Below the pieces are notes generated by a model. That model searched no databases. It was not told the DNA's origin and saw nothing but the letters and a program-made list of their open reading frames with translations. From Octopus bimaculoides (Eukaryota): a DNA stretch of 64,000 nt. The stretch lies in NCBI RefSeq assembly GCF_001194135.2, contig NC_068984.1, forward strand, positions 62,498,878 through 62,562,877. The letters are read 5' to 3'. Made by a program: the position numbers and the translations under genes. Shown piece by piece: positions 12,894 through 27,705 of this stretch (position 1 is its first letter; each line of letters starts with the position of its first letter).

Positions 12894-13559
12894 CATATAT
12901 GTGTGTGTGTACGAATATATGTGTTTCCTATATAATTATATATTTAGGAAACTGCTCAATAAAAATAAAAATAAAAATTATTCCTGAAAATATAACTTAA
13001 ATATTTAGATAGATATCTTTTTATCAATTCAACTTTTTGATGAATCATATATTAAAACGTTATAGATCTTAGTGAATAGGTGTATAAACCTTCCGAATAT
13101 AATAAAATAATTCGTACAATAAATTATGCGTCCTGTATCTGAGTTTCCGTCTCTAAGCTTTCTTACAATATACTTACACATTAAATGAAATGAGAAGGTA
13201 GTATTGTAAGCTACTTTCCTCTACCCTGGGAATGAAACGCATACTGTTGGTGTCTGTATACGGATAACCTTTTGTTTTAATACTTTCGTAGCTTCAAATT
13301 AGACATTAATTACACTAAAGGGATCTGCGAAACGTCATTTATTTGAAATTTCATCTATATGTACATTAATGAAAAATCTCCAGCTTCTTCGAAAGCTCTT
13401 GAGAGGTATTGACAATAGCCTTTCTCTTAAGTAAACACTTGTTAATAATCCACTATTAGCACTCTGTATGCAGTATACTTCCTTCATATTATTTATTTAT
13501 ACCTAGGGAGATAATGAGTTACGTATATCTGCAGGTACACGTTATATTGACGGCAAGTG

Positions 13560-14170
13560 GATACAAGCTGTCAAGTCAGTTGAACAAACGATTGTTCTCT
13601 TATGCTAGATGCGATTTTATGCAAGGAGATATCATGCTATCAAGACGGAAAAATAATACCGGTTTGTGAAACAATTCACGCGGAGCAATGTGCTTTACTC
13701 AATAATACAAATTATTTCATGTTTAAATGTTCGGTGATCTTGACAAGGATTACATCTGTCATTAGAAATGCATTCACCATTGAATAAAGTGTTTGCCACT
13801 TTAACGTGGCACTTCTAGATAATAGCATAAGATATAATAGAGTGATGCATTTCGCTCCTTGGCAGTGTTTCGAATAATTGAATTGAAGAGCTTGTTTCCA
13901 ACTATGATGCTTCTAAATTATATTGTATGATTTTTTTTATTTCATCACTTTACCAATTGCTAAAGCCATGGATTCAATCAAATGGATATCAAGATGACAA
14001 TAAATAAATAAGGAGTGGCAAGTGTTTTGCACAATAATGATGGCTCTATGCAAATGGAGCAATGATGCCATTTCCAGTTTTGTTTCAAGCTATTTTACTT
14101 TACGTTTTTAAAACACTTCTGAATGGCATGGATATTATAATACTCCATGTAATCTCGGTAACAGAAAAAA
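13560..14170 (-). mobile_element. Highly degraded hAT (Charlie/GTF2IRD2-like) transposase remnant
   Basis: Minus-strand YLEVPR*SGK resembles HTEVRWLSRGK. AFLMTD..ITEHLN resembles AFLxDITxHLN. An HC motif lies upstream. Many stops. Confidence 0.4.
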
Positions 14171-14593
14171 AAAACTTGTTTAGAAATTGGGCAGTAATTA
14201 TCTAATAATTCCATTATACCAGTTAATTAATGACCATAATTCTACAACCACTGGAATATTTTTAATTTTGTTTACGGTGAATGCTGTAGTGAAATGGCTT
14301 AACATAAATTCGTTTTCCTATCTTCTATTAATTAGATTTATGTGTTTGTAGAAAAAATAATTATGGAAATGCAAGAACGGTTTCGTTAACCCTCAGGAAA
14401 TCATATATTTATTCGATACATATAGACAAACTATTGAAAACTTCGTAATAAAGAATAAAAGAAACTGGAGATTCATGCTTTTACTGCGCTAGGAATTTAA
14501 CTGACCTAAAATGGCGTCAAATAATAGTCGGAATTGATATGCCGCATTTTGTTAAGAGTTCATACATAGAAAACACACACATACACACACACG

Positions 14594-14670
<77 letters not shown>

Positions 14671-15555
14671 ACGTGTGTGTTTCCTAGATGCTTGGTGTCA
14701 CACATGGTAAAGTGCCAGTTTAAATACCTTAAAATATTCATTTTTGTCTTAGTATACTTATGTGTTGCGAAAATCTTGCCACAGTTAGTTTATATTTTCT
14801 CCCCAAGTGATAAAATAATTGTGACATTGTATGCAACATATTTTCGAGTACGCACAATATGGTCATACAGAATGAACTCTACCAGAGTAATTAAGCTTGC
14901 ACCATATATTTTCATTTCCTTTTAATTGGCTTCAACTATATAATGCCTTTATGGATATCTACTGGGTTTAAATAAATTATAAGATATTGAGTAAATATTT
15001 ATCTCAATTTCCATAGTGTATGTATTATACTGTATACAATAGAGTCACTTTGCTAATGTCTGTTTCTAAAACTAATATTATAATAAACCTTTGTAAATAC
15101 TTTTTGAGTTTAACTCCAGCTTGGACAAACCATATATACATGCCAATCATGTATAAAACTTGCTTCAACAATGCAGCAAAATAAACGTCAGTGGTAAACT
15201 ACGTAACAGCCATATTTCTTTGGCTATGTCCCTCGACATTTTCTTTTTTTCGTGCATTATCTACTATAACGCATGCGGAACTGTTTCTTGTCCAAAGCAG
15301 TATGTGATTGCATGTGTTGGTGTAGAAGTGTTAATTCATAACTATACTGGATATCTTTCAAATAGTCGTGGTTATCATGAGATGTTATATATCATGCTTA
15401 CTATTACAATACACCTATACACTACGCATGGAGTATGCGTAACAGTGTGTTATGTGTGTGCTTGTGTGTGTATGTATGTGTACGAGTGTGTGTACTGTGT
15501 GTACGAGTGTGTGTATGTGTGTGTGGTATGTGTATGTGTGTGTGGTGTGTGTGTG

Positions 15556-15612
<57 letters not shown>

Positions 15613-16392
15613 AAGAGAATGTGGGCATGCATGAGATATAGAATGGTGTATCATACATTTTATAGCTATAATGTTCGATCTTGCTTTGAATAGTAACAGA
15701 AAATAGAAAGATAATCGACTGAAAAATTTATGTTTAAATTTTATTTCTGATTCTCAGTTTGTGAATTATAAAAGACGATTGCTGCAGCTCCATATATTAT
15801 AATGACAGCAGAACAACAGAGCGTCTAGAAATAACTTCAGAGCAGTTTGGCTTAATACGAACGACCACAAATCTAACATTCCATACTCAAACGGACGATT
15901 TTGACAGTGCGATGAATGATTGATCAGATCCTTAATCTAAGATTCATAAAGTATTCTCAACCGTCAGAAAAATGTTGAACCTCTTTACAAAATACCCAAT
16001 ATTACTAAGAAATAAGAGACGTTACTAATATACTTCTTTTTGTCTTGGGTAGTGAATTGATAGAAATGATACGGCATCGAATACAATGCAGTAACGAACT
16101 TACCTTCTGATTTTAAAAATCGATGAATGGAATTTTGTATTTCATTTCTTCGGAATCAGTGAAATAATTTCCGGTAATGGAATCGATATAAAAGTTTATT
16201 CTCTTCCCGCATATATGATAACTTTTACCTGAATAAAAAATTACTCTTTTTTTTTTCATAATATAACTAAAGCAGAAACTAGACGGGAAAAAAAACAACA
16301 TTAGAAATGATCTAAACTAAGGCGTTGAAACATGACAGAAAATAAAATAGCCATGTGTATATCATACTTAATACAAATAATGCTGCATACAT

Positions 16393-16614
16393 TCTTTTAT
16401 TCTTTTACTTCGTTCAGTTATTTGACTGGAGCCATGCTGGAGCACTGCCTTGAATGGTTTTTATTCGAATACATCGACACCAGGACTTATTTGCTAAGCC
16501 TATACTTATTCTATCGGTTTCTCTGACCAAACCGTTGAGTTACGGGGACGTGAACACACTAACATCGATTGTCAAGCAGGGATGGGGATAACCACACACA
16601 CACATATACATACA

Positions 16615-16654
<40 letters not shown>

Positions 16655-16655
16655 G

Positions 16656-16723
<68 letters not shown>

Positions 16724-16765
16724 GACGGGTTTCTTTCAGTTTCCGTCTACCAAAGACACTCCTAT
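16393..16765 (-). mobile_element. SINE copy (family A; internal CA/TA microsatellite)
   Basis: Shares GCCATG(C/A)T(G/A)GA(G/A)CAC(T/C)GCC, TACTTATTCTATCGG and TTACGGGGA(C/T)GT(G/A)AACACAC blocks with the copy at 19.2-20.0 kb; partial matches at 24.1 kb and 27.0 kb. Confidence 0.8.
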
Positions 16766-17408
16766 ATTGGTGGCAGCAGATTTCGTCTTAGCATGCGGAA
16801 TGCATCTGCTCATCTCGTCAGTCATTGCTAGGATGATTTTTATCTACATCTAACATATATTCAGTTCTTAAACGCAACACTTTCGTAAGAGATATCTCAT
16901 GGAGAATTCCACAATATATTTGCTTTTCATGAAGCTTTTAGTATAAGTATGACAAAATGATTGCTATTTTAATGTAATACTGCTTCTTGAACATATAACA
17001 TAGAAATTATTTGGAATTCAGCCGTTTCGATTTCATATATAGAATACAAAAATATATTTCCAGTGGTCAACGGAAAAATAAATACTTGCAATGTATGCAA
17101 TTTGTTTTTCGTTATGCGATAGTTGAGTGACGACACTCCTCAGGTAAATGTTAACTAAATGGGACAGAAAATAATTCTATTTACCCTACGTTACCTAACG
17201 TCAGCTACAGAACGACCTTATGTTATTTTCGGAAATCTGTCATAAGCCTACATGAAAGTCAAATTATATATTGGATTAGTGTACTTTGCTTCATTCAGTT
17301 TCGTTCTTGGAAAAAGGTGAGAGTACTTTCAACACAAATGAGAATGACATTATTTTATTACCAAAATCCATCTACATACATATATAAACACACACACATA
17401 TGTGTGTG

Positions 17409-17460
<52 letters not shown>

Positions 17461-19162
17461 AATATATACATACATACATGTATATATGTATACAAACACA
17501 TACACACAAAATGCAACTCATAATTTGCTCTAATTTAACTGTTATAATTAAGTGTTACAACATAAACAAAACTTAATTAACTCCAATGATGCAAATGTTA
17601 GCCTGTAAAAAGTTTAAATCTTAACTGATCTAATAATAACAAACACCTAAACTGAAAAAATCCTACGCCTTTAGCTATTAGCATCAATTTCAGTTCCATA
17701 ATTTAATTTAATTCGGTAGAAAAATATTTTCTTCATCAAGACGCGTGAATGTTAACAAATACAAGCATCAGCTATATTCATTAAATTGGATGTACGTGTC
17801 ATTAAATTTGTATGTTTGACTGACTTATATATCGTACATACTTTCCTTCTCGATTTTTCAATTCCTCTTCTTTTTTATGTGAGATTGTTAGTAAATGAGT
17901 TTTAGTCGGTTTCCACGATGATTACTTCAATTGGTAGCTCAATTGAACCACCTATGCATTGGCTTACACTGCCAGACTGCAACTGACTGTAACTTTATGA
18001 TGGTACTAATGTGACAGAATTTGAAAGGATGGTTAACAGTAATAGAAACTCAGCCCAACTAACTGGATTCCATACATTCCGTGTATTCAATTTTATGCCA
18101 ACTAACAGTATTCTATATTTTTCGTATATCCATATTCAATCACAAGGCTTTTGTCGACCAGAGACTTAGTAATAAACACAATTCCAAAATACTACGCAAC
18201 GCATTTGAACTTGAAATTTCTTAATCACTTTGGCAAGAAATCTAATAGATGGTTGGTATTTTGGTCGGCAGTATTACTTGTGCATTGTACGAAGCATGGT
18301 GTTAGGCTTAAAGTTTTGGATGATGGTATTATCGGAGTTGTAGTATCGTCGAGTATCAAGTTAATAATAATTTTCTTCAACCCTTGTGACAAACGTTCTT
18401 AGTCTATTTGATAAAGCGTAGCTGTGAGTCAAACCAATTGCCGAATTTTGATATGAGAATTATTTTCGTTTTTACTGGATTAGAAGGACCGTATCTAAGA
18501 TGGTGATTTCCACCCCTTTCTGGTTCTCTGATATTTAAAAACTGAATATATGCTACAAATATATAATGCAGAACTGGACGCGCACTAATTTGTTACATTG
18601 AAATGCGTTAATTCCAAGAAGCAAGATGTGTGAAAGGGTAACCGAGATAAAGTATGACCTAATATGAGTGGAGGCCAAAAGCGTTTGTAAGTGGATGGAT
18701 TTTGAAGTCCCATATTAATCTTACACTGAAAATGGTGGCTTGCTAAACAAAATGATTAACAACATATCCTCTGGGTCTTTACGTTCTAAGCTTAAAGTTC
18801 ATCGAGATCGACCTTTCCTGCCATTATTTAGGGATCGATAAAATAAGTATCAGCTGAGCACTGACATCGATGTAATCGACTTCCCTCTCTTAAAATTGAC
18901 AGCCTTGTGTCAAAATTTGAAACCATGAAGTAATATTTGCAATTGCATCACAGAACGGTTTTCAGCCTTGCTTTCACTTATTTGTATGAATTCTGTTTTA
19001 GTTTACCATAGTGCAGAAGAGGTGAACACACAACCTTCTGAGAAAGGTGCAAATTTCAAAGGAAAATCATTATAATCGAAGATATTTTTTATTGATTTAA
19101 TTTCATGGAAATCATTTCTTTTGGGCTAATTTCAAATTTTAGAAAACTTTATTATTTTATTC

Positions 19163-19814
19163 CTTTATTCTTTTACTTGTTTCACTCATTTCGCTGCAGC
19201 CATGATAGAACACCGCCGTAAAGTGTTTTCGTCGAAGAAATCGCTCCCATAACTTATTCTCTGTAAACCTAGTACTTATTCTATCGGTATCTTTTACCGA
19301 ACCGCTAAGTTACGGGGATGTAAACACACCAGCATCGATTGTCAAGCGATGGCGGGGGAAACAAACAAACACACACACACACACACANNNNNNNNNNNNN
19401 NNNNNNNNNNNNNNNNNNNNNNNNNNNNNNNNNNNNNNNNNNNNNNNNNNNNNNNNNNNNNNNNNNNNNNNNNNNNNNNNNNNNNNNNNNNNNNNNNNNN
19501 NNNNNNNNNNNNNNNNNNNNNNNNNNNNNNNNNNNNNNNNNNNNNNNNNNNNNNNNNNNNNNNNNNNNNNNNNNNNNNNNNNNNNNNNNNNNNNNNNNNN
19601 NNNNNNNNNNNNNNNNNNNNNNNNNNNNNNNNNNNNNNNNNNNNNNNNNNNNNNNNNNNNNNNNNNNNNNNNNNNNNNNNNNNNNNNNNNNNNNNNNNNN
19701 NNNNNNNNNNNNNNNNNNNNNNNNNNNNNNNNNNNNNNNNNNNNNNNNNNNNNNNNNNNNNNNNNNNNNNNNNNNNNNNNNNNNNNNNNNNNNNNNNNNN
19801 NNNNNNNNNNNNNN

Positions 19815-19906
<92 letters not shown>

Positions 19907-20025
19907 CGTGTGTGCTTGTGTGTGTATGTGTGTGTGTGTGTGTGTATGTGTGTGTTTGTGAGCAGTGGACGTCTACACATTTTCCGTCTATCAAATTCAC
20001 TCACAAGGCAATGGTTGGTTAGGGG
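19163..20025 (-). mobile_element. SINE copy (family A), spanning an assembly gap
   Basis: Same blocks as 16393-16765, plus TTTCCGTCTA.CAAA after the microsatellite. Confidence 0.8.
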
Positions 20026-20235
20026 ACTACAGAGAAGAAATTCGCACAAGATACTGCGTAGTTGGAATGAAACAAAAACAAAGTGGTTTCGTAGTAAACT
20101 GCTTAACTACACTGTCATATCTTCGTCTAGCTTCTGAGTAAAAAAAAAATATCTCATAAACTTTCCGGTATGCCTTTTAGGTCTTCGTCAGGTATTTCTG
20201 ACGAAGACCTGTTATATATAAGGTTAGCTATTCAG

Positions 20236-20731
20236 TACACACAAGAATCATTAGTAGCAACCACAGTGCCGAAATTAACCAGAAGAACTGCAATTTCAAA
20301 GAGAAGAGTTGCTGTCCGTTAGAAAGATAATGTCTTGAAAAAGGAATAGCTTATAGAGCTAAAGTACAAATAAATGGCTAGCAAAAATATAATGCATACA
20401 CAGGAGCTTCGTTCAAGACTAGGGTTTATTCCCACCAAAATTCTTTTCGATACCCCGAAAATAAGACAGCAACAAGTATTGCAAAATATATCTGGCAATT
20501 AAAGAAAAATGACACCCTTCTCTTCAATATCAACTGGAAATTTTGGAGAAAGGAGCACCATATAAACATGGAGTATATAGATGACCAATGAAATGCAGTC
20601 TTTGCCTCTCAGAAAAACTCTTCATCCTGTTCCAGGATAAATATGCATTAAAGCAAAGACGAGAATTTTTGAATTCCTGCAGGCACTCTACCAGGTCCAA
20701 AAGGTCAACTGAAAATATACTGTATGGATAA
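20236..20731 (+). mobile_element. Penelope-like GIY-YIG endonuclease remnant, same type as 2734-4158
   Basis: RIISSNHSAEINQKNCNFKEKSCCPLER*CLEKGIAYRAKV..YTGASFKTRVYSHQNSF..TSIAKYIWQLKK..INW / KCSLCLSEKLFIL..EFLNSCRH. A T-rich putative 3' UTR follows to about 21060. Confidence 0.85.
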
Positions 20732-21330
20732 AAAAAATGTTTGACTTTCGAATGTTTTTTTGACTTTCGCATTTGAATTTGGCTTTAACACCTGAAATAT
20801 AGATATCTCTTAGTATTACAATATTGGTACATATTTCGCCTTCATATTTTACATCTGACTTTTAAGAAAGCCTTCGACTGTTTTGCAAATTTTAATTTTG
20901 CGGAGGTTAAATTTTTACTCATTTTTTACTCATTTTTATATTTACATCATAAATTATTTAAAATTTATATATTTTTAAAATTTATGCATTTATATTACAT
21001 TTAATTATATTAATTCATTGCACCATTTTCTTATTTTAACATTCTATACCAGACAGATTTTAAATATATCTCTATGCATATATACGTTATGGTGTATATA
21101 TATGTATCTTGATGTGAATATATGTATGTATATATATTTATATATCAACGTATGTATTTATTTGTATATTTGTATGCGTGTCTAGATTTGTGTTACTATG
21201 GCATGTATGTATTTATGTAGATATGTATGTATTGTTATCTATGTGCGTTTGCAAGCTTACTGAAGTATCACATTCGTTAGATATTTTTGGAAACGCCAAC
21301 TTCCAAATCATTTCTATCTCTCTCTCTCTT

Positions 21331-21378
<48 letters not shown>

Positions 21379-21611
21379 ATTTTCTCCTTCTCCTTATAAT
21401 TTTCTCTTTTTCTTTCTTTTTTCTTACTTCCACCACTTCTTTTTTTCTTTTTCTTTCTCCCATCACTTATTATTGTTTGATTTTCTTTCCGTTTTCTTTT
21501 TCTAGCTTGTAACAACTAAATTGTATATTTAGAAATACACACGAAGTTTTATGTGTGTATATATATTTACGTGGCTACATATGTATGCATTAGTATACAT
21601 ACATACATACA

Positions 21612-21691
<80 letters not shown>

Positions 21692-22142
21692 TGCAGGCAT
21701 GTACCAACATTTGTATGTTTAGAGTATATATAGGTTTTTTGGTATGTGTATGTATTACTAAATGCATATGTTTTCCTATGATATTTGCTATTTGTAAATG
21801 TTATTATTTTAAACGGACATAACATTCAATATTAATTTTGTTTTACCATTAATTAATTTACCTTCAGTATACAGGATTTTTTCCTTCTACTGAAGCTAAT
21901 TTTTGATTTAAGGTTTTCTTCATTTTGAATCGTAATTTTTAATTTCATATAACCAGTTATTGAAAAGACCGTTTGTTGAAAAGCCCAATGAAACAAAACC
22001 AATGTAAAGTGTGTATCTATCAACGTAACTGTATATTTATAAATATAAATATAACCTTATTTTTGTTCCATTCTCAACCAAAACTGTGACGAACGGGAAC
22101 GTGAAATTCTTAGTAATAGTTTCTGCGATTTCTTACCAGCTG

Positions 22143-22193
<51 letters not shown>

Positions 22194-22212
22194 NNNNNNN
22201 NNNNNNNNNNNN

Positions 22213-22246
<34 letters not shown>

Positions 22247-23564
22247 TATAAATATAAAGATGAACGTTTGTGAGTGTGTCTGTCGATTTATAGGGAGAAA
22301 GGCGACATCATCTACATATAAACTAAAAGTTCATTCTTGTGTAAAATATTCCGAAGAAGACACTGGAATTGGACCCGAATCTCTAGGTGTCCTCCTAAGG
22401 ACCCTTTTCCAAAATGCTGCAAACAGTGCACTCACTACTGAGTGTAAGGGAGATAACTCACACAAACACACAAACGCATGAATATGCAGAATACATACAT
22501 ACATATGTACACACGCATACATACATATATATGCACAAGCACATACATACATTCATATAAACATATGTGTATATACATGCACGCTGATGCACACTCATGC
22601 GCACAAACAAACAGAAAGAAACGCAGCCCTGATAACAAACATAGTCAACAACTATGGAAGATAATGCATGAAGCAACGAAAATTTTAGAAGAGAAGCATA
22701 TGAGTGGAAATCGAACCAGTGAGTTTTAATAAGGCATCAAAACAGAATAACTCTCCCCAGACACAACAACTTTCTGGGAAAACTAAACAAGGAAAATTAT
22801 TCATAGTCTATTTTTCTCATTTTACGATGTTTGATCTTCAATTGTCTTTATTATTCTATGCGTAAGAAGTATGCTACACATAGAAATAGATTGTTACTAT
22901 ATATTCCATTTAAATTTGGGTGTGTGCACATTAATAGCATTATTATATTGTTTTTAATCGTTTTATTCTTATATCTTCGAGCCACCAGGCTATTCGTCTA
23001 AGAAAAGCTATTTGTATTTTTGTTTGTTGTAATACGTAAGTACAATAAATTATGGTACATATGTTTTTAGCTTTCCCCTAACTTTTATTTAGTTACCTTG
23101 TACTACACATAAGCTAAAGTCCGTGTGATGTTTGCTTCATTTGTAGACTAAAATACTAGAGTTTATATGCGTGCATGAGGCTATTGACCAGAAGGCAACA
23201 GCTCTATAGTCTACTTGAAAGTTGACAGTCATTTCTTCTATATATGTTCAATAATATCTGGGTGAATAACTTTTAATATTCATAGTACAATTTTGGCAGC
23301 TTTTTTTAACCCAATCAATGATGAGTGTTTCTGCTAGTATATATATATATACTAAATCAAACCTTTTCGAAATAATTTCCACACCTATTCCCGAACACTA
23401 ACACAGATATACAAAAATTATGTAGTTAAGAGTGGCACGACCCATTTACTGTATGCTCCAATCACGGATGCCAATGTGCAGTTTTGTAAATGAAACTTAA
23501 TTCCTGAACTGATGCTACGGTTGATTTCTAAACAATTGTAATATATTGAAAGCATGAAATTAAA

Positions 23565-23603
<39 letters not shown>

Positions 23604-24064
23604 NNNNNNNNNNNNNNNNNNNNNNNNNNNNNNNNNNNNNNNNNNNNNNNNNNNNNNNNNNNNNNNNNNNNNNNNNNNNNNNNNNNNNNNNNNNNNNNNN
23701 NNNNNNNNNNNNNNNNNNNNNNNNNNNNNNNNNNNNNNNNNNNNNNNNNNNNNNNNNNNNNNNNNNNNNNNNNNNNNNNNNNNNNNNNNNNNNNNNNNNN
23801 NNNNNNNNNNNNNNNNNNNNNNNNNNNNNNNNNNNNNNNNNNNNNNNNNNNNNNNNNNNNNNNNNNNNNNNNNNNNNNNNNNNNNNNNNNNNNNNNNNNN
23901 NNNNNNNNNNNNNNNNNNNNNNNNNNNNNNNNNNNNNNNNNNNNNNNNNNNNNNNNNNNNNNNAAGAAGCAAATCGTCAGATGTATTAATATTTTTTTGT
24001 TTATCACTTGTAGTCAAAGGACTGCCGTCATACTGGAACATCACCTTGTAGGTCTCACCGAAAG

Positions 24065-24373
24065 ATCTACCCCATACTTATTTTAATGCGAATAATTATT
24101 CTATATCCCTTTTTACCGAATAGCAACGTTATGGGAAGTAAACAAAATAACATCAGTTATCAAGTGGTACTAAGGAGTACAAATACAAACGCCACGCACA
24201 TATACATATATAGAAGCTTCTAGAATAATTCTGTCTATCAGATCCACTCGCAAAAAAAAAATCTATCGGCTCGGGGCTATAGCAGAAGACATTTGCCCAA
24301 GGTACCGCGCAGTAGGACTGATCACGAAACCATGTGGTTTGGAAGTAAAGTTCTAAACTACACAGCCATGCCT
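24065..24373 (-). mobile_element. SINE copy (family A) with tRNA-like head
   Basis: On the minus strand, the head GGCATGGCTGTGTAGT..ACCACATGGTTTCGTGATCAGTCC is followed by CCTTGGGCAAATGTCTTCTGCTATAGCCCCGAGCCGA. Confidence 0.7.
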
Positions 24374-24529
24374 TTTTGAAAGATAATGTTTTCCAAAATT
24401 GTGTTGAAAATGTAGCTAAAAGTTTGCTAGTTAATGTCTCGTTAACATATACTTCAAAGGGCTTTACTTTAGCGTCAGGTCGGCCGCTGTATATGTAGAC
24501 TTCACTGTGACATAACCTGATCTAGATGT

Positions 24530-24680
24530 GGATTAGGGTTAGAGTTTAGAGCTATGCGTTATGGTTAGACTTAGGGCTAGGTTTTAAGTTAGCGATTAGG
24601 GTTTAAGTTACGGGTTACGTTTTAGGATTTAGGTTCGGGGATAGGGTTTAGGATTTATGTTAGGGGTTAGAATTAGATTG
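24530..24680 (+). repeat. Degenerate TTAGGG-like tandem array (interstitial telomere-like)
   Basis: Several exact TTAGGG units are interspersed with TTAGAG, TTACGG, TTTAGG and CTAGG variants. Confidence 0.7.
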
Positions 24681-26603
24681 CCTTCTAAAGAGTAAATGGG
24701 CAGGTATATCGTACGCAAAATTGACACCTCTCAAAGTCTATAGAAGAGTAGAAACTCATAATTTTTGGTTATCGGTGTTTCCCTTTACACGCAACCCTAC
24801 GTCATGCACGTTTTATGATAAATAGTTTAGTGTGAATGTCGATATTTTAAGGAATATACGCTATGTGCATAAATGTAGCTAATAAGAACTATATATTTTT
24901 AATAACCGTCACAGACACTCAAAACAGATAGATGAGTTGAAGCACGTAGTAGAATGTGTCATTTTTTCAGTGTTATAAAGAAAAGCTCGTTGAAGACTGG
25001 ACCTCACATTGTATGAGTTCTTGCAAAAAAATTAAGTAGATAAAGACAATCGATAATTCATTTGATATTTTGTACTAATTACAAGTGTCTGCAATCAATA
25101 TCAACGTCGAGATAATATTAGATTCTACGTCTAGAAGTATTACTTGTATTGAACTGAAGCTTTTAACTTATTGAGTACGACACATTAATTAGTGATCACA
25201 CATCAGACAGAGAATAGACAATTATTAAAGAACCGTCTACTACAGTGCTCCGAGTTATGCTACACACACAAGCACAAACACACACACACATACACACACG
25301 CGCATACATATACACATACATTCACAAACATACATATAAGTTACATCATATCAAAGTATCTTTATAACGAACCAGTAAGAGAGTGCTTATGTAATGTCAT
25401 AGCTTGATAGAAATAGTCATCAAATTTTCCTCAAGCAACCTCTAAAAATGTAAAGGTATATTGGCAATATAGCTCGAGGTACTCTATACCCCAACAAACG
25501 GTCATAATTACAAAATATGTGAGCATAGGCCTTCTCTGTTAGGGGTGTCCTTGATTAGATAACAGCTACAACAAAAGTAATACAAAGAAGTCATCGGAGT
25601 AAAGAAGACCATCTTCACTGCATTTCCACTTATAGATTCTACCTTTAGAACCTGATAAGCTATCCAGCTTTAAGACATGACAAATTTTCCCTTAGCAAGA
25701 ACACCAACTTATTAGATAAAGGATAGTCGTTTGATCTTAATATATTTAAGATATCATGCAAACTACTCTAGTTACATGTAGGGCAAATTCCTTTCCAGCG
25801 TAGTTAAACTTACAAATTTGAGGAGCGAGATTTAGTACTTTAAGAACCTTAGTATGATGATCCAATTGCTTTTCCTTTTTTGTTTCATGTTTAAGTTAAT
25901 AAATTTTTGTTAGAATTGGTAGGGGGTGAAATTTATTTTACAAGACCCAAATGTCTGAAGAATACACATACTTAATTTGTTAACCTGCGGAAAAGGAAAA
26001 GCAATGCTGATAAATGTCACAATATGAGTATAAATCACACAGATAAAGACATGAAGAAATTCTGTTATGACCTGCGATCTGACTTTGGACCCATCGTCTT
26101 AAAAATGTTATAGATTGTTAAGGATTCAGAAAGAACGTTAAAGGTTCTGACTAAGAAGTATGTGTTGAACTGATGAGATATTCAATTAATAAACAAATTG
26201 CTTTGTTAAATTTTCAACAAAAGTATTAATTATTAATGCTGATGATTAAACTATAACAATTATTCATTACAAGAAATTTAATCCTTTAAAATAATAATAC
26301 AATATATTTGATAAGGGAAGGGATTAAGTAATTGTGTAATATTTAATGGATTACATAATAATTATGGAATTAGTGTCTCTTAAATACTTTCATTATTTGA
26401 TTTAAAGTATTGTAATATAACAATAATTACGAGTAGCATTAGTGTTTCTTTTAGAAAGAATCACAATTTTACACAAATTTGGAGATTTTATTCTTTACAA
26501 TCTAGATAGAAAATTACTGGCTTTCAAACAACACCTATTAAGTGCTTTTGCTTGTTCTGTATATATAATAGACATTCAAATACCTTCATTCTGGCATCAT
26601 GTT

Positions 26604-26659
<56 letters not shown>

Positions 26660-27303
26660 NNNNNNNNNNNNNNNNNNNNNNNNNNNNNNNNNNNNNNNNN
26701 NNNNNNNNNNNNNNNNNNNNNNNNNNNNNNNNNNNNNNNNNNNNNNNNNNNNNNNNNNNNNNNNNNNNNNNNNNNNNNNNNNNNNGTGAGAGAGGGAGAG
26801 GGGGAGAGAAAAAAGAAAAGAAGAGAGTGATATACTGTCTCGAAAAATATACTGATATGAAAATGTGTATGCATGCATATTTATCTATCCATTTCCTTCT
26901 ATTCCTCTCTGATAAGTGTGTTAGTGTGCGTGTGTACATGAGAAACTGTACCTGCGCGTTAGCGCATACATCTATCCTTACAATGGGGATAGACAGAATA
27001 GATACCGGACTTTAAAAAAAAACGAGGTGTGAGGTCAGTTCGTTCGACCAAAATTTCTCAAGGTCCACCAGCATGGCCGCAGTCTAGGGACTGAAAGCAG
27101 TAAAATATAAAAAGACATCGATGTAGATATGTGTGTGTATGTGTGTGTTTGTGTATGAGTGTATGTAAAATCCGTTTCTTGCACCCTGTATCAATACACT
27201 TGTCCCAAGTTAACTCCAGCCTCCAACCACTTCGGTCTCTGATCAGCCCTCTACCTCTCTCATAGAAAGAAACAGAAAATATAAGAGATAAAAATAGAGA
27301 CAC

Positions 27304-27346
<43 letters not shown>

Positions 27347-27705
27347 AAGAGAGAGAAGAGGGAGAATAAGTGTGTGTGTATGTGTGTGTGTTTGTGTGTG
27401 CTTGTTTGTGTGTGTGCGTAATGTCTGGCTGACAAACGTCATGTCCTCTTGTATTATTTCATTAACTTATATTTCCTCGCATCTAAGGTAATGTCAACGT
27501 ATGTCGGAAAGTCTTCGCTTCTTGGTTTATTTTGTATGGTGACCCAAACTACGAAACATAAATAACAGTTAAGTGTTCCTCCCATCTATTAGTGACTGAA
27601 ATGAAGTGTACATTTGTAGACAGAGTTCCTTGTGTAATAAGACGGTCATTAGACACTACAGGAACACTTTCCATCGTAGATCAGTTTGATAAAAGCTGAT
27701 ATAGA

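Noticed and set aside
25990-26240. Possible further R4/Dong 3' fragment (and a possible RTE tail at about 39040-39300)
   Set aside because: The similarity is too faint to support without an alignment.
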